From a virus (Duplodnaviria > Heunggongvirae > Uroviricota > Caudoviricetes), in IMG/VR virus record IMGVR_UViG_3300045256_000127: DNA of 64,000 nt; one strand, given 5' to 3'. Within the stretch, counting starts at the first letter, position 1; the number at the start of each line of letters is the position of its first letter. The translations under genes were made by a program, and so were the position numbers. Shown here piece after piece: positions 18,867 through 27,787 of this stretch. The notes below the pieces were generated by a model. That model was not told the origin of the DNA, searched no databases, and saw only the letters and a list, made by a program, of their open reading frames with translations.

Positions 18867-19520
18867 TTATTGAACGGCGTTGTAGAGGGACACCATCTTT
18901 CGCCAGAGTTCGACAATCCGTAATTCGTTTACGGTGATATCTTCCGCCATGACGCTTGCCGCCGAGGAGAACGGACATCCCTTCTTGGTATCTATCCAGG
19001 TGCCGACCCCTTTGCGAATACTTACGAAAGTGCCTGGATTTGTGGCCTCTTTCGCCTCCTGTACGAAATGCACTTCGGATAAGCCCAGGTCGGCGAGCAT
19101 GTAGGAGTTCACCAACTCCTTGATAACCGCCGCCGTCGCCTTCGGCACCCACAGGCAGTCCGGGCCAGCCCAACAGGCGTGACTCGGCAATGCTTCGAGT
19201 TGCTGGAGGGCCATGACGTGAGAGGTAATAACCAGCGTATCCCGGCCGTCCGGCAACAACCCTTCGGTGTTCGCCATCAGTAAAGCGTTCAGGATAGTCT
19301 CCTCCCGGTGGTCGGCCGGGTTAACGAAGCGGTGAGGTATCCGCATTCGTTTCATCCACTGGAAATACTGGAACCCGACTTCGAGGTTGCGGACGCAGAC
19401 GACGGCGACTTTGGCTTCGGGCAGGTTCTTGTTGATTGAGTACCAGGACGAGAAGGCCAGCCAGTCTTGCGTCGGCTCGGTCAGGATCAGGACGTTGAGG
19501 TTTTCACCGAGAGAGTTCAT
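18867..19520 (-). CDS. hypothetical protein
   Basis: 217-aa ORF with coding composition. Confidence 0.5.
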   Translation of the reverse strand: MNSLGENLNVLILTEPTQDWLAFSSWYSINKNLPEAKVAVVCVRNLEVGFQYFQWMKRMRIPHRFVNPADHREETILNALLMANTEGLLPDGRDTLVITSHVMALQQLEALPSHACWAGPDCLWVPKATAAVIKELVNSYMLADLGLSEVHFVQEAKEATNPGTFVSIRKGVGTWIDTKKGCPFSSAASVMAEDITVNELRIVELWRKMVSLYNAVQ

Positions 19521-19674
19521 CTTTCATTTCCTTGTACACCTTGTACTGTTGGGCCAGGAACTCGTCCGTCTGGGCCGGTGGCACCTTGTTGTTAAGCATT
19601 AGGTTCGGGCAGGTGTTCTTGACGCCGCACTGGAATTCCTCCCAATACAGGTCTAGTTGTTCGTCTCGTGTCAT
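19504..19674 (-). CDS. hypothetical small protein
   Basis: Strong GAAGGAGG RBS upstream of MTRDEQLDLYWEEF. Confidence 0.45.
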   Translation of the reverse strand: MTRDEQLDLYWEEFQCGVKNTCPNLMLNNKVPPAQTDEFLAQQYKVYKEMKDELSR

Positions 19675-19875
19675 AGAAATGCCTCCTTCGTGCATAAATT
19701 AGTGTAACCATTGACAACGTGGTAATGACAAGTTAACATGGTTGTACTTGGCGGCACCCCGCCAGCGGTCCTCGGGAGCCGAGTGTTTCGTTTACGACAT
19801 GTGTTGAAAGTTGTTTCTTAGGCCGGGTAAAGCCGGTGTATTCAGGATTGAGTTTTGATGGAGTCGTAACGAGCA

Positions 19876-20010
19876 ATGAATCCCGTACCTTTTCCTTCCG
19901 CCCTCTACAACCTGCTGTTCCTCAGCACGGCCTGTCTGACCATCGGCATCGTCTGCATCGCCGCCTGTTGGATTATTTTAGACCTGATGGACACTAGAAA
20001 AAAGGACTAG
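19876..20010 (+). CDS. possible 44-aa hydrophobic membrane peptide
   Basis: MNPVPFPSALYNLLFLSTACLTIGIVCIAACWIILDLMDTRKKD inside the 360-bp intergenic region. Weak RBS. Confidence 0.2.
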   Translation: MNPVPFPSALYNLLFLSTACLTIGIVCIAACWIILDLMDTRKKD

Positions 20011-20056
20011 CGTTTGCTAAGATGCCTCCTTCGCCACCCGTGAAAGGAGTCACACG

Positions 20057-20959
20057 ATGCACGACGTTCTGTCCAATGTTCCGAATCTCCAGATCAACGT
20101 ACTCGACAAGGGGTTCGTTAAGCTCATCGACTCGATGCCCCGTCTTGTGCCCGAAACCCAGAAGACGGCCGACGCCGCCATCACCCAAGCCGCCCGTGTC
20201 TCCTACGGCGACGGCACCAAGTCCGTTAGTGAAGACCGTGGCCTGATCCGCTACCTCTACCGCCACACCCACACCACCCCGTTCGAGATGGTGGAGTTCA
20301 AGTTCCACTGTAAGATGCCGATCTTCGTGGCCCGGCAGTGGATTCGCCACCGCACCGCCAACGTGAACGAATACAGCGGCCGGTACTCCATCATGAAGGA
20401 CGAGTTCTACTACCCGGAAGAGGACAACATCCGCCAGCAGTCCAAGAACAACAAGCAGGGCGGCGACAAGGTGATGGAAGCCGTCGAAGCCCAGGAGTTC
20501 CTGGCGAAGCTCGACGAGGCGTGCCGGGGTGCCTATAACCTCTACACCGAGTTCGCCGACAAGGGCATGGCCCGTGAGCAGGTGCGGATGATTCTGCCCG
20601 TCAACCTATACACCGAATGGTACTGGAAAATCGACTTACACAACCTGTTCCACTTCCTCGGCCTCCGCTGCGACACCCACGCCCAATGGGAAATCCGGGT
20701 GTTCGCCGACGCCATGCTGGAACTCATCACCCCCATCGTCCCGTGGGCCGTCGAAGCCTGGAACGACTACCACGATCACCGTGGGGCTGTGAAGCTCACC
20801 CGCCTGGAGATCGAAGCCCTGCGGAAGACCATCTCGTATTGCGAAGTCCTTGACCGGGCTGCCGGTGGAAAGGTGAAGCTGATGCCACTAGATACTGATA
20901 ACAAACGGGAGCAGGCCGAGTGGGTGGCGAAGGCAGCCAAGTTTGGCCTGAAGGAGTAA
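20057..20959 (+). CDS. thyX: flavin-dependent thymidylate synthase ThyX
   Basis: ThyX signature RHRTANVNEYSGRYS (RHRX7S). RBS GAAAGGAG. Confidence 0.85.
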   Translation: MHDVLSNVPNLQINVLDKGFVKLIDSMPRLVPETQKTADAAITQAARVSYGDGTKSVSEDRGLIRYLYRHTHTTPFEMVEFKFHCKMPIFVARQWIRHRTANVNEYSGRYSIMKDEFYYPEEDNIRQQSKNNKQGGDKVMEAVEAQEFLAKLDEACRGAYNLYTEFADKGMAREQVRMILPVNLYTEWYWKIDLHNLFHFLGLRCDTHAQWEIRVFADAMLELITPIVPWAVEAWNDYHDHRGAVKLTRLEIEALRKTISYCEVLDRAAGGKVKLMPLDTDNKREQAEWVAKAAKFGLKE

Positions 20960-20960
20960 G

Positions 20961-21212
20961 ATGGTTGGTCTACTGGACTACTGGTGGGTTGCGTTGCTGG
21001 TAGGTGCCGTCATCATGGCGATCACCTACGGCGTTAAGAAATATCACGAGAAGAAGCAGGCCGAGGCTCCGCTTCAGGCACAGTTCGTCGTCACCGGCTC
21101 GGTGCTGATCGGCTGTATCATGTTCATCTTCTCAGTCGTCGGGATCGTCTCCGCTATCCTCGGGATTCTCTCAGCAATCCTGAAGCTGATATGCTGGAAG
21201 CTCGGCATCTAA
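20961..21212 (+). CDS. small membrane protein (2 TM)
   Basis: Two hydrophobic helices. A terminator follows. Confidence 0.45.
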   Translation: MVGLLDYWWVALLVGAVIMAITYGVKKYHEKKQAEAPLQAQFVVTGSVLIGCIMFIFSVVGIVSAILGILSAILKLICWKLGI

Positions 21213-21225
21213 CTTTCGAATCGAA

Positions 21226-21256
21226 ACCCGGCTCCGGCCGGGTTTCTTTCTTTTAC
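21226..21256 (+). terminator. rho-independent terminator
   Basis: cccggc-tccg-gccggg hairpin followed by tttctttctttt. Confidence 0.65.
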
Positions 21257-21270
21257 ACTCTCCTATCTGC

Positions 21271-22641
21271 ATGGAAGCCGTCACCAAATTTCTGTCCAAA
21301 AACCGAGAACGAGAAGTCAAAGTCCATTGCTACGGCGATGCGATGATTGACGAATACTACGACGTGAAGGTGAACCGGATCAGCCCCGAGTTCCCCATGC
21401 CGATCATGCACTCCCAGCCGGGACAGCCCGTTGTAAGACCGGGCGGTGCCGCCAACGTCGCCTACCAACTGAAACACTTCAACGTAGACGCCACACTGAT
21501 CTCGTTCATTGACGAGCCGCTGGCGAACGTCCTCCGGCAACACCCGATGAGTTTCGTTGGCTCGCCGAACTTCTTAGGGCACGTCCCGGTCAAGCGGCGG
21601 TTCCTCGACGACGGCATCCAGGTCAGCCGGTGGGATACCGAGGCTAAGAACTACGGCCTGCCGGACCAGGAACTCTACTTCGCCCAACAGCGGCTTATGA
21701 ACAACATCCCCGGACTGAATGAAGACCCGGACGTGGTGATCCTGTCCGACTACGGCAAGGGGTTCTTTAACGACGCCCAGGCATGGCTCGCCGAACTTGA
21801 CGGGTTGATTACCATCGTGGACCCCAAGAACGGCCCTGTCGAGAAGTGGCGTGGCTGTAGCGTGTTCAAGCCGAACGCCAAAGAAGCCTACGAACTGAGC
21901 GGACTGACCGACTGGCGGAAGCAGTGTGAGTTCTTTGTTGAGAAACTAGGCTGCTGGGGCATCGTCATCACCCAGAGCGGCAACGGCTTCGTCGGGTACG
22001 AGGACGGCCGGTTCTTCGAGTACCGGGTGGATCACAAGTACAAGGTGGAGAGCGTGATCGGGGCGGGCGACTGCTTTGCGGCCATCCTCGGTGCGGCCAT
22101 CGCCCAAGACCTGAGTCTGGAGGAAGCCGCTCAGGTAGCGTTCAAGGCGGGGTCGGCCTACGTCCAGAACCGGCACAACCGGCCGATCATCCCAGCGGAA
22201 CTGGTGGACGGTAAGGTCGTCAACCCGGACGACCTATTGCACCACGACTTCAAGCTGGTCTTCACTAACGGCTGCTTCGACATCCTGCACCCTGGGCACG
22301 TCTCCATGCTGGAGTTCGCCAAGAGTAAGGGGGACAAGCTGGTGGTGGCGGTGAACTCAGACGAGAGCGTGCGGCGGTTGAAGGGACCGACGAGGCCGGT
22401 GAACGTTCTGGAAGATCGGATGGCGGTGTTAGAGGCGATGGAAGTGGTGGACTTCGTAGTGGCTTTTGAGGAGGACACGCCGATCAACGCAATCGAGCGA
22501 ATCAAGCCAGACGTACTGGTCAAAGGGGCAGACTACACCGTAGATCAGATTGTCGGTCACGACCTTGTTCCCGAAGTACATCGTGCCCCTATCATTGACG
22601 GTAAGTCCACCACTTCCATCATCAATAAGGTCACTTCTTGA
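21271..22641 (+). CDS. hldE: bifunctional heptose 7-phosphate kinase / heptose 1-phosphate adenylyltransferase (HldE/RfaE-like)
   Basis: N-terminal pfkB-type sugar kinase domain (GGAANVA, GAGDCF). C-terminal cytidylyltransferase-like domain with TNGCFDILHPGHV. Confidence 0.8.
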   Translation: MEAVTKFLSKNREREVKVHCYGDAMIDEYYDVKVNRISPEFPMPIMHSQPGQPVVRPGGAANVAYQLKHFNVDATLISFIDEPLANVLRQHPMSFVGSPNFLGHVPVKRRFLDDGIQVSRWDTEAKNYGLPDQELYFAQQRLMNNIPGLNEDPDVVILSDYGKGFFNDAQAWLAELDGLITIVDPKNGPVEKWRGCSVFKPNAKEAYELSGLTDWRKQCEFFVEKLGCWGIVITQSGNGFVGYEDGRFFEYRVDHKYKVESVIGAGDCFAAILGAAIAQDLSLEEAAQVAFKAGSAYVQNRHNRPIIPAELVDGKVVNPDDLLHHDFKLVFTNGCFDILHPGHVSMLEFAKSKGDKLVVAVNSDESVRRLKGPTRPVNVLEDRMAVLEAMEVVDFVVAFEEDTPINAIERIKPDVLVKGADYTVDQIVGHDLVPEVHRAPIIDGKSTTSIINKVTS

Positions 22642-22735
22642 CAGGGCAATGACCGTTCTTGCAGCAGTCGTCCTTGCAGCCGGTTGCGGCGGCGAAGACG
22701 AAAAGAGCCAGTAGAACCAGGGCAATCTTGCGCAT
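22631..22735 (-). CDS. 34-aa Cys-rich lipopeptide precursor (MRKIALVLLALFVFAAATGC|KDDCCKNGHCPVKK)
   Basis: AGGAG RBS 8 nt upstream. Textbook lipoprotein signal with lipobox ATGC. Mature peptide has 4 Cys in 15 aa. Overlaps the hldE 3' end convergently. Confidence 0.4.
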   Translation of the reverse strand: MRKIALVLLALFVFAAATGCKDDCCKNGHCPVKK

Positions 22736-22788
22736 TCGATCTTCTCCTTGTAGAATGAGACTCGGTATCTATTCAGTAACAGAGGATT

Positions 22789-23070
22789 ATGGCTCGCCGG
22801 AAGAAGTTAATCGACAAACAAGTCAAGAAGAAAGTAGAAGGGAAATGCTACTTCTGCCCCGTCGATGACTACGCACTGCTCGACGTTCACCGCATCGTCG
22901 AGGGTGCGGATGGTGGTCAGTACACCGACCACAACACCATCGTCGTCTGCTCTCTGTGCCACCGCCGCATCCACGCCGGACAGATCAAGCCGTTGAGGAA
23001 GTATTTCTCGACAAGTGGCCGTTGGGTTCTTCATTTTGTCGATGAAGACGGCCAAGAAAAGTTCATGTGA
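22789..23070 (+). CDS. HNH endonuclease
   Basis: CYFC...D...H...N...VVCSLCHRRIH HNH motif. Confidence 0.7.
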   Translation: MARRKKLIDKQVKKKVEGKCYFCPVDDYALLDVHRIVEGADGGQYTDHNTIVVCSLCHRRIHAGQIKPLRKYFSTSGRWVLHFVDEDGQEKFM

Positions 23071-23085
23071 AGGCTAGATAAAACC

Positions 23086-23436
23086 ATGTTGCGATTCAAG
23101 ACATGGTTCCTGCAAGAAGAGAACAACGCCGGGGTCATCACCGCCGGTCCGAACCCCACTGCGGACAAGCAGCAACTCGGCAAGCTTGTTCAGCAAGTCT
23201 CGATGGACCCGGCTATCGCCAACGTCGCAATCAACGCTGGCTCGAACAACCCACGGAAGACACAGCAAGACACCTTGAAGGCGGTCCAGCAGAGTCTCCA
23301 AAAGCAACCGAACAAAGGCGGTGCTAATCCGAACGCCAACATCACGGCGTTCGATGTCACCAATGCTGTCTTGAAGCAGACTGGTGCCAACGTCCCCCAG
23401 CTTGGAGCAACGGCGGGGTTCACCAACAGGAACTAA
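23086..23436 (+). CDS. hypothetical protein (Q/N/A-rich)
   Basis: ORF with a weak RBS. Confidence 0.4.
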   Translation: MLRFKTWFLQEENNAGVITAGPNPTADKQQLGKLVQQVSMDPAIANVAINAGSNNPRKTQQDTLKAVQQSLQKQPNKGGANPNANITAFDVTNAVLKQTGANVPQLGATAGFTNRN

Positions 23437-23714
23437 TGATTACGTTTCGAGAATTCTTTAACCGGCGGGAACGGATGCCGATCAGCGGCCGGACAGTCAC
23501 GACGAAGCCGCCGAGCATGGGCACGATGGGAGTCGTCAAGGACTTCAGCAAGTTCCTTCAGAAGCCGTCCATGAACCCGGAGAAGCCCGAAGCGGCCACG
23601 CCGGAGAAGGCACCACTACCGACCGAAGTCGGCCTGCGGCCCACAGACCGCACCATCGCCAAGAAGCCGACAGACTTCCTCCCTCGCAAGGGAAGCTCGT
23701 TCAAGAATTTCTAA
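23436..23714 (+). CDS. hypothetical protein
   Basis: TAATGA overlap with the upstream gene. Confidence 0.4.
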   Translation: MITFREFFNRRERMPISGRTVTTKPPSMGTMGVVKDFSKFLQKPSMNPEKPEAATPEKAPLPTEVGLRPTDRTIAKKPTDFLPRKGSSFKNF

Positions 23715-23732
23715 ACAGCACTACCTCATCTC

Positions 23733-23945
23733 ATGAGGTATTTCAAACTCCACAACAAGGAACGGGGCGTAGACTTCAAGATGGCCCCGTTCGGCGTATG
23801 GAACACGTCCAATCCCACCGAAGCTAAAGAAATGCTCCTGGCTTGCCGGGAATACCTCCGAGCCATCGGCCTCGATAACGTCTGCGAGCAGGTTGTTTTA
23901 CAAGACCTGGACACGGGCGAAGAATTGTCAGAAAATGCCTTGTAA
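23733..23945 (+). CDS. hypothetical small protein
   Basis: 70-aa ORF. Confidence 0.35.
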   Translation: MRYFKLHNKERGVDFKMAPFGVWNTSNPTEAKEMLLACREYLRAIGLDNVCEQVVLQDLDTGEELSENAL

Positions 23946-24007
23946 TGGAACGGCGAGTTCTGTTATAGTTCATCAATCGTGGCTTCATTAACAACGAAGG
24001 GCTAAGC

Positions 24008-26068
24008 ATGGAAAAAACAGCATTGACCAAATACTCTGCGGGCTTCGACCGCAAGAAGTACCTCGAACTGAACCAAGAGATGAGCTATGACGAGTACATC
24101 GCTCACGCTCTGAAGAACCCTCGGGTCGCACGGAACGCATTTCAGTACATCTACGACATGATTATGTCGAAGGGCACTTCGGAGTTCGAGCGATACCGCA
24201 AGACCTACACCCACTATAACTTCTTCGACGATCCCAAGATTCCGATCTACGGTCTTGAAGAAACACTCGACCAATTGGTGAACTTTATCCACGGGGCAGC
24301 CGGTGGGTACGGCACCGAGAAGCGGGTACTCCTTCTCCACGGCCCGGTCGGATCGGCAAAGTCCACGATCTGCCGCTTGCTTAAGAAGGGGTTGGAAGAA
24401 TACTCCAAGACCCGTGAGGGTGCTTGGTACAGTTATAAGTGGGTTAATCTACCCACGGAAGGCGAGTTCGCCGTCTCCACGACGACGGAAGACCCGTGCC
24501 CGCTGCACGAAGACCCGAGTCGTCTGATGGACCCGGACCAGCGTGAAGCGTTCTTCGCCGACCTGAACCTGTCCCTGGCCGAAGCATCCGGCGGGGAGGC
24601 ACCGTACAAGCTCCGCAGCGAAGGGGAAATGTGCCCCCGGTGCAAGACGTACATGAAGATGCTGCTGAAGAAGTACGACGGCGATTGGGACAAGATCGTC
24701 CGTGACCACATCCGTGTCGTCCGGCTCGTCCACAGCGAGATCGACCGGGTTGGCGTCGGCACCTTCCAGCCGAAGGACGAGAAGAACCAGGACTCGACCG
24801 AACTGACGGGCGACCTGAACTTCGGCAAGGTGAGCCACTACGGGTCCGACTCGGACAGCCGTGCCTTCAACTTCGACGGCGAGTTCTGCGTTGCCAACCG
24901 TGGCGTGATGGAATTCATCGAAATGCTCAAGTTGAGCAACGAGTTCCTTTACGACCTGCTGGGTGCCTCGCAGGAACACAACATCAAGCCGAAGAAGTTC
25001 CCGCAGGTCAAGATCGACCAGTTCATCGTGGGCCACACCAACCACGCCGAACTCGAACGCCTGCAAGGCAACCGCTTCATGGAAGCCCTCCGTGACCGGA
25101 CGGTGAAGATCGACGTGCCGTACCTGCTCCGCTGGACGGACGAGATCAAGGTGCTGGAGAGCGACTACGGTCCAGGCAAGGTGAAGCAGCACATCATGCC
25201 GCACACCCTGGAGATCGCAGCCCTCTTCGCAATCCTCACCCGTCTGAAGGACGACAAGGACGTGAAGCTCGACCTTCGGGACAAGGCCAAGCTGTACGAC
25301 GGCCGGGCACTGCCGGGCTGGACGGAAGACTCGGTAAAGGAACTGAGGGACAAGTACCCGACGGAAGGTCTGGATCAGGGCGTGTCCGCACGTTACATCC
25401 AAGACAAGATTTCGAACTGCTTGGCTCGTAGCGTCAAGGGTTACGTCAACGTCTTCCACGTTCTGAACGAACTGAAGGCAGGGTTCTACAACTCGTCCAT
25501 GATTGATGTCGAACACATCAAGAAGTACGAGGAAGCCCTGGACTTGGCGATCAAGGAGCTTCAGGAAATCCTGAAGGCCGAGGTTCAGAAGGCGTTGGTG
25601 GCCGACGAGAACATCATCGAACGGGTCTGTGCCAAGTACATTGACAACGTGGTGGCGTATGTCAACAAGGAAAAGATCATCAACCCGATCACCAAGCAGC
25701 CCCAGGAGCCTGATGAGCGGCTGATGCGGAGCATCGAAGAGAAGATCGACATCCCCGAGCAAGGTGCCAACGACTTCCGCCGGAGCTTGGCGTCGTTCAT
25801 CGGGACGCTGACGATCAAGAAGAAGGAGTTCCGGTGGGACAGCAACCCGGAACTGCGGCGTGCCCTTGAGGCGAAGGTGTTCGAGGACACCAGGGACTCC
25901 ATCAAGCTGTCGGCCCTCACGGGCGAGGCAGCGGCAGCCGACCCGGACAGCCGGGAAAAGCTGGAGGCCATCAAGGTCCGACTCATCAACCAGTACGGGT
26001 ACAACGAACAGTCCGCCACGGACGTTCTGGAATACGTCGCCAGCCTGTTCACGGGCGGCACCGACTGA
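24008..26068 (+). CDS. prkA: PrkA/YeaG-family serine protein kinase (AAA+ N-domain)
   Basis: Collinear with E. coli YeaG: Walker A LLLHGPVGSAKST (YeaG LYLLGPVGGGKSS) and CVANRGVMEFIEMLK (YeaG CRANQGIMEFVEMFK). About 686 aa, as in PrkA. Confidence 0.85.
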   Translation: MEKTALTKYSAGFDRKKYLELNQEMSYDEYIAHALKNPRVARNAFQYIYDMIMSKGTSEFERYRKTYTHYNFFDDPKIPIYGLEETLDQLVNFIHGAAGGYGTEKRVLLLHGPVGSAKSTICRLLKKGLEEYSKTREGAWYSYKWVNLPTEGEFAVSTTTEDPCPLHEDPSRLMDPDQREAFFADLNLSLAEASGGEAPYKLRSEGEMCPRCKTYMKMLLKKYDGDWDKIVRDHIRVVRLVHSEIDRVGVGTFQPKDEKNQDSTELTGDLNFGKVSHYGSDSDSRAFNFDGEFCVANRGVMEFIEMLKLSNEFLYDLLGASQEHNIKPKKFPQVKIDQFIVGHTNHAELERLQGNRFMEALRDRTVKIDVPYLLRWTDEIKVLESDYGPGKVKQHIMPHTLEIAALFAILTRLKDDKDVKLDLRDKAKLYDGRALPGWTEDSVKELRDKYPTEGLDQGVSARYIQDKISNCLARSVKGYVNVFHVLNELKAGFYNSSMIDVEHIKKYEEALDLAIKELQEILKAEVQKALVADENIIERVCAKYIDNVVAYVNKEKIINPITKQPQEPDERLMRSIEEKIDIPEQGANDFRRSLASFIGTLTIKKKEFRWDSNPELRRALEAKVFEDTRDSIKLSALTGEAAAADPDSREKLEAIKVRLINQYGYNEQSATDVLEYVASLFTGGTD

Positions 26069-26086
26069 TAAGCAGTAGCCCTGAGA

Positions 26087-26116
26087 AAGCCCGGCCAAGT
26101 GCCGGGCTTTTTCTTT
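26087..26116 (+). terminator. rho-independent terminator
   Basis: aagcccggc-caagt-gccgggctt followed by tttctttaat. Confidence 0.65.
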
Positions 26117-26151
26117 AATAGGACTTCCAAATGTAAGCCGGATTGTGTAAT

Positions 26152-26601
26152 ATGTTGGGCATGGGTGTTAGTCCATTCAAGCGGTCTTCCTCCGGCCCCC
26201 GACGAGCGTACTACCCGTCCGGCCCCTGGATCGACGAAAACGGCAAGCCGTGCAAGTCGCCGACTTACGCTGCTTCCGATTACGACAAGAAGAAGCGGAA
26301 GAAGACGGAGCCGCCGAACCCCGACCCGCACAACTACAAGTTCGTGCGTGTCGAGGAAGCAGATGGATTTCTCTTAGTCCAACTCAATTATCCTGACTGC
26401 ACCAACTATGAGGGGAACAAGATTCTTCTCTTCAGGGGTGTGAAGCTGATCGATCTGGTCAACCAGAAATACATCGACCCACACTTCTTCCAAGCGAAGG
26501 ATATCGCCTCCCCCATTGCCCGCTTCGTCCCCACGGAAGAGGGTTGGAAAATGGGCCTTACTTTAATCACAGCGTTGAAAGCGAGTACGAATGCCTCGTA
26601 G
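26152..26601 (+). CDS. hypothetical protein inserted between prkA and yeaH homologues
   Basis: ORF with coding composition. Start is MLGMG or MGV. TAATAT -10-like element just upstream. Confidence 0.4.
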   Translation: MLGMGVSPFKRSSSGPRRAYYPSGPWIDENGKPCKSPTYAASDYDKKKRKKTEPPNPDPHNYKFVRVEEADGFLLVQLNYPDCTNYEGNKILLFRGVKLIDLVNQKYIDPHFFQAKDIASPIARFVPTEEGWKMGLTLITALKASTNAS

Positions 26602-27787
26602 AATTCAAGAAGACCACAAAGACTTCCGGGACGTTGTAGGCGGACGTGTCCGTAGGGAACTGAAGAAGTTCCTGAAAGGGAAGGTCGTCCGCCTACGACC
26701 GAAGAACGGGAAGCTCCAGTTCACCATCCCGCAGATCGACCAGCCGCACTTCCTCCACGGGGACAACGGCGAGGGCGTCGGCCGGGGCAAGGGTAAGAAG
26801 GGTCAGGTCATCGGCCAAGACCCGCAAGAGGGCGATCCGCAGGCTGGCGAAGAACACGCCGACGGGATCACCATCCAGGTCGATCTCGAAGAAGTGTTGA
26901 AGGTCATGCAGGAAGAACTCGGCCTGCCGGACCTGAAGCCGAAGCCGTCGGAAGTGTACGAGGAAGTCAAGACGGTTTACAACGACATCTCGAAGGTCGG
27001 CCCGGAATCGCTACGCCACACCCGCCGCACGATGTACGAGGCGATGAAGCGGATGGCGATGATGGGCACGCTGGGCGAGAAGAAGATGCTCCCCGGCCAC
27101 TCCGTCCCGATGCGGGTCATCACCCTGGCCGACGGGGACCGCCGCTACCGTCAGTACAAAGAGATCAAGATTCCGTCGTCGAACGCCGTGGTGTTCTTCA
27201 TCCGGGACTACTCCGGGTCGATGGACGACTTCCGCTGCGACATCGTTTCCGACATGTCCTGGTGGATCGACGTGTGGATTCGCAAGTTCTACGAGCGGGT
27301 AGAGCGGGTCTACATGATCCACGACACGGAGGCCGAAGAGGTAGACGAGAAGAAGTTCTACGAAGTCCGGTTCGGCGGCGGCACCAAGATTTCGTGTGCC
27401 TTCGACGAGGCGGCGAAGATGCTGGAGAACCGCTTCCCGGCCCACAACTACAACATCTACGTCATCTACTTCTCTGACGGCGACAATTGGGAAGAAGACA
27501 ACGCCAAAGTGTCCGACCTGTTGGGTAAGAAGTTCCCGCCGGAAGTGGTGAACATGGTCGGGTTCGTGCAGATTTGCACCTACAACTACTCACGCAGTAT
27601 CAAGAAGTTCGTTGACGAACAGATCAAGACCGGGGCCATCGGCAAGAACGTCCGCACGGTTACGATTGGTGAAGAGTCCTCCGACAGCAGCAGCATGTTC
27701 GGCGGCGGCACGCTCATGACGCCCGAGGAGCGGGACGAGCAAATCCTGAAGGGAATCAAGACTCTGTTCGGTAAGGAGAAGAACTAA
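26591..27787 (+). CDS. yeaH: YeaH/YhbH-family DUF444 protein (vWA-like)
   Basis: FIRDYSGSMDD (YeaH CLMDVSGSMDQ) and YVIYFSDGDNWEED (YeaH YAAQASDGDNWADD). Gly/Lys-rich N-terminus as in YeaH. Confidence 0.8.
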   Translation: MPRRIQEDHKDFRDVVGGRVRRELKKFLKGKVVRLRPKNGKLQFTIPQIDQPHFLHGDNGEGVGRGKGKKGQVIGQDPQEGDPQAGEEHADGITIQVDLEEVLKVMQEELGLPDLKPKPSEVYEEVKTVYNDISKVGPESLRHTRRTMYEAMKRMAMMGTLGEKKMLPGHSVPMRVITLADGDRRYRQYKEIKIPSSNAVVFFIRDYSGSMDDFRCDIVSDMSWWIDVWIRKFYERVERVYMIHDTEAEEVDEKKFYEVRFGGGTKISCAFDEAAKMLENRFPAHNYNIYVIYFSDGDNWEEDNAKVSDLLGKKFPPEVVNMVGFVQICTYNYSRSIKKFVDEQIKTGAIGKNVRTVTIGEESSDSSSMFGGGTLMTPEERDEQILKGIKTLFGKEKN

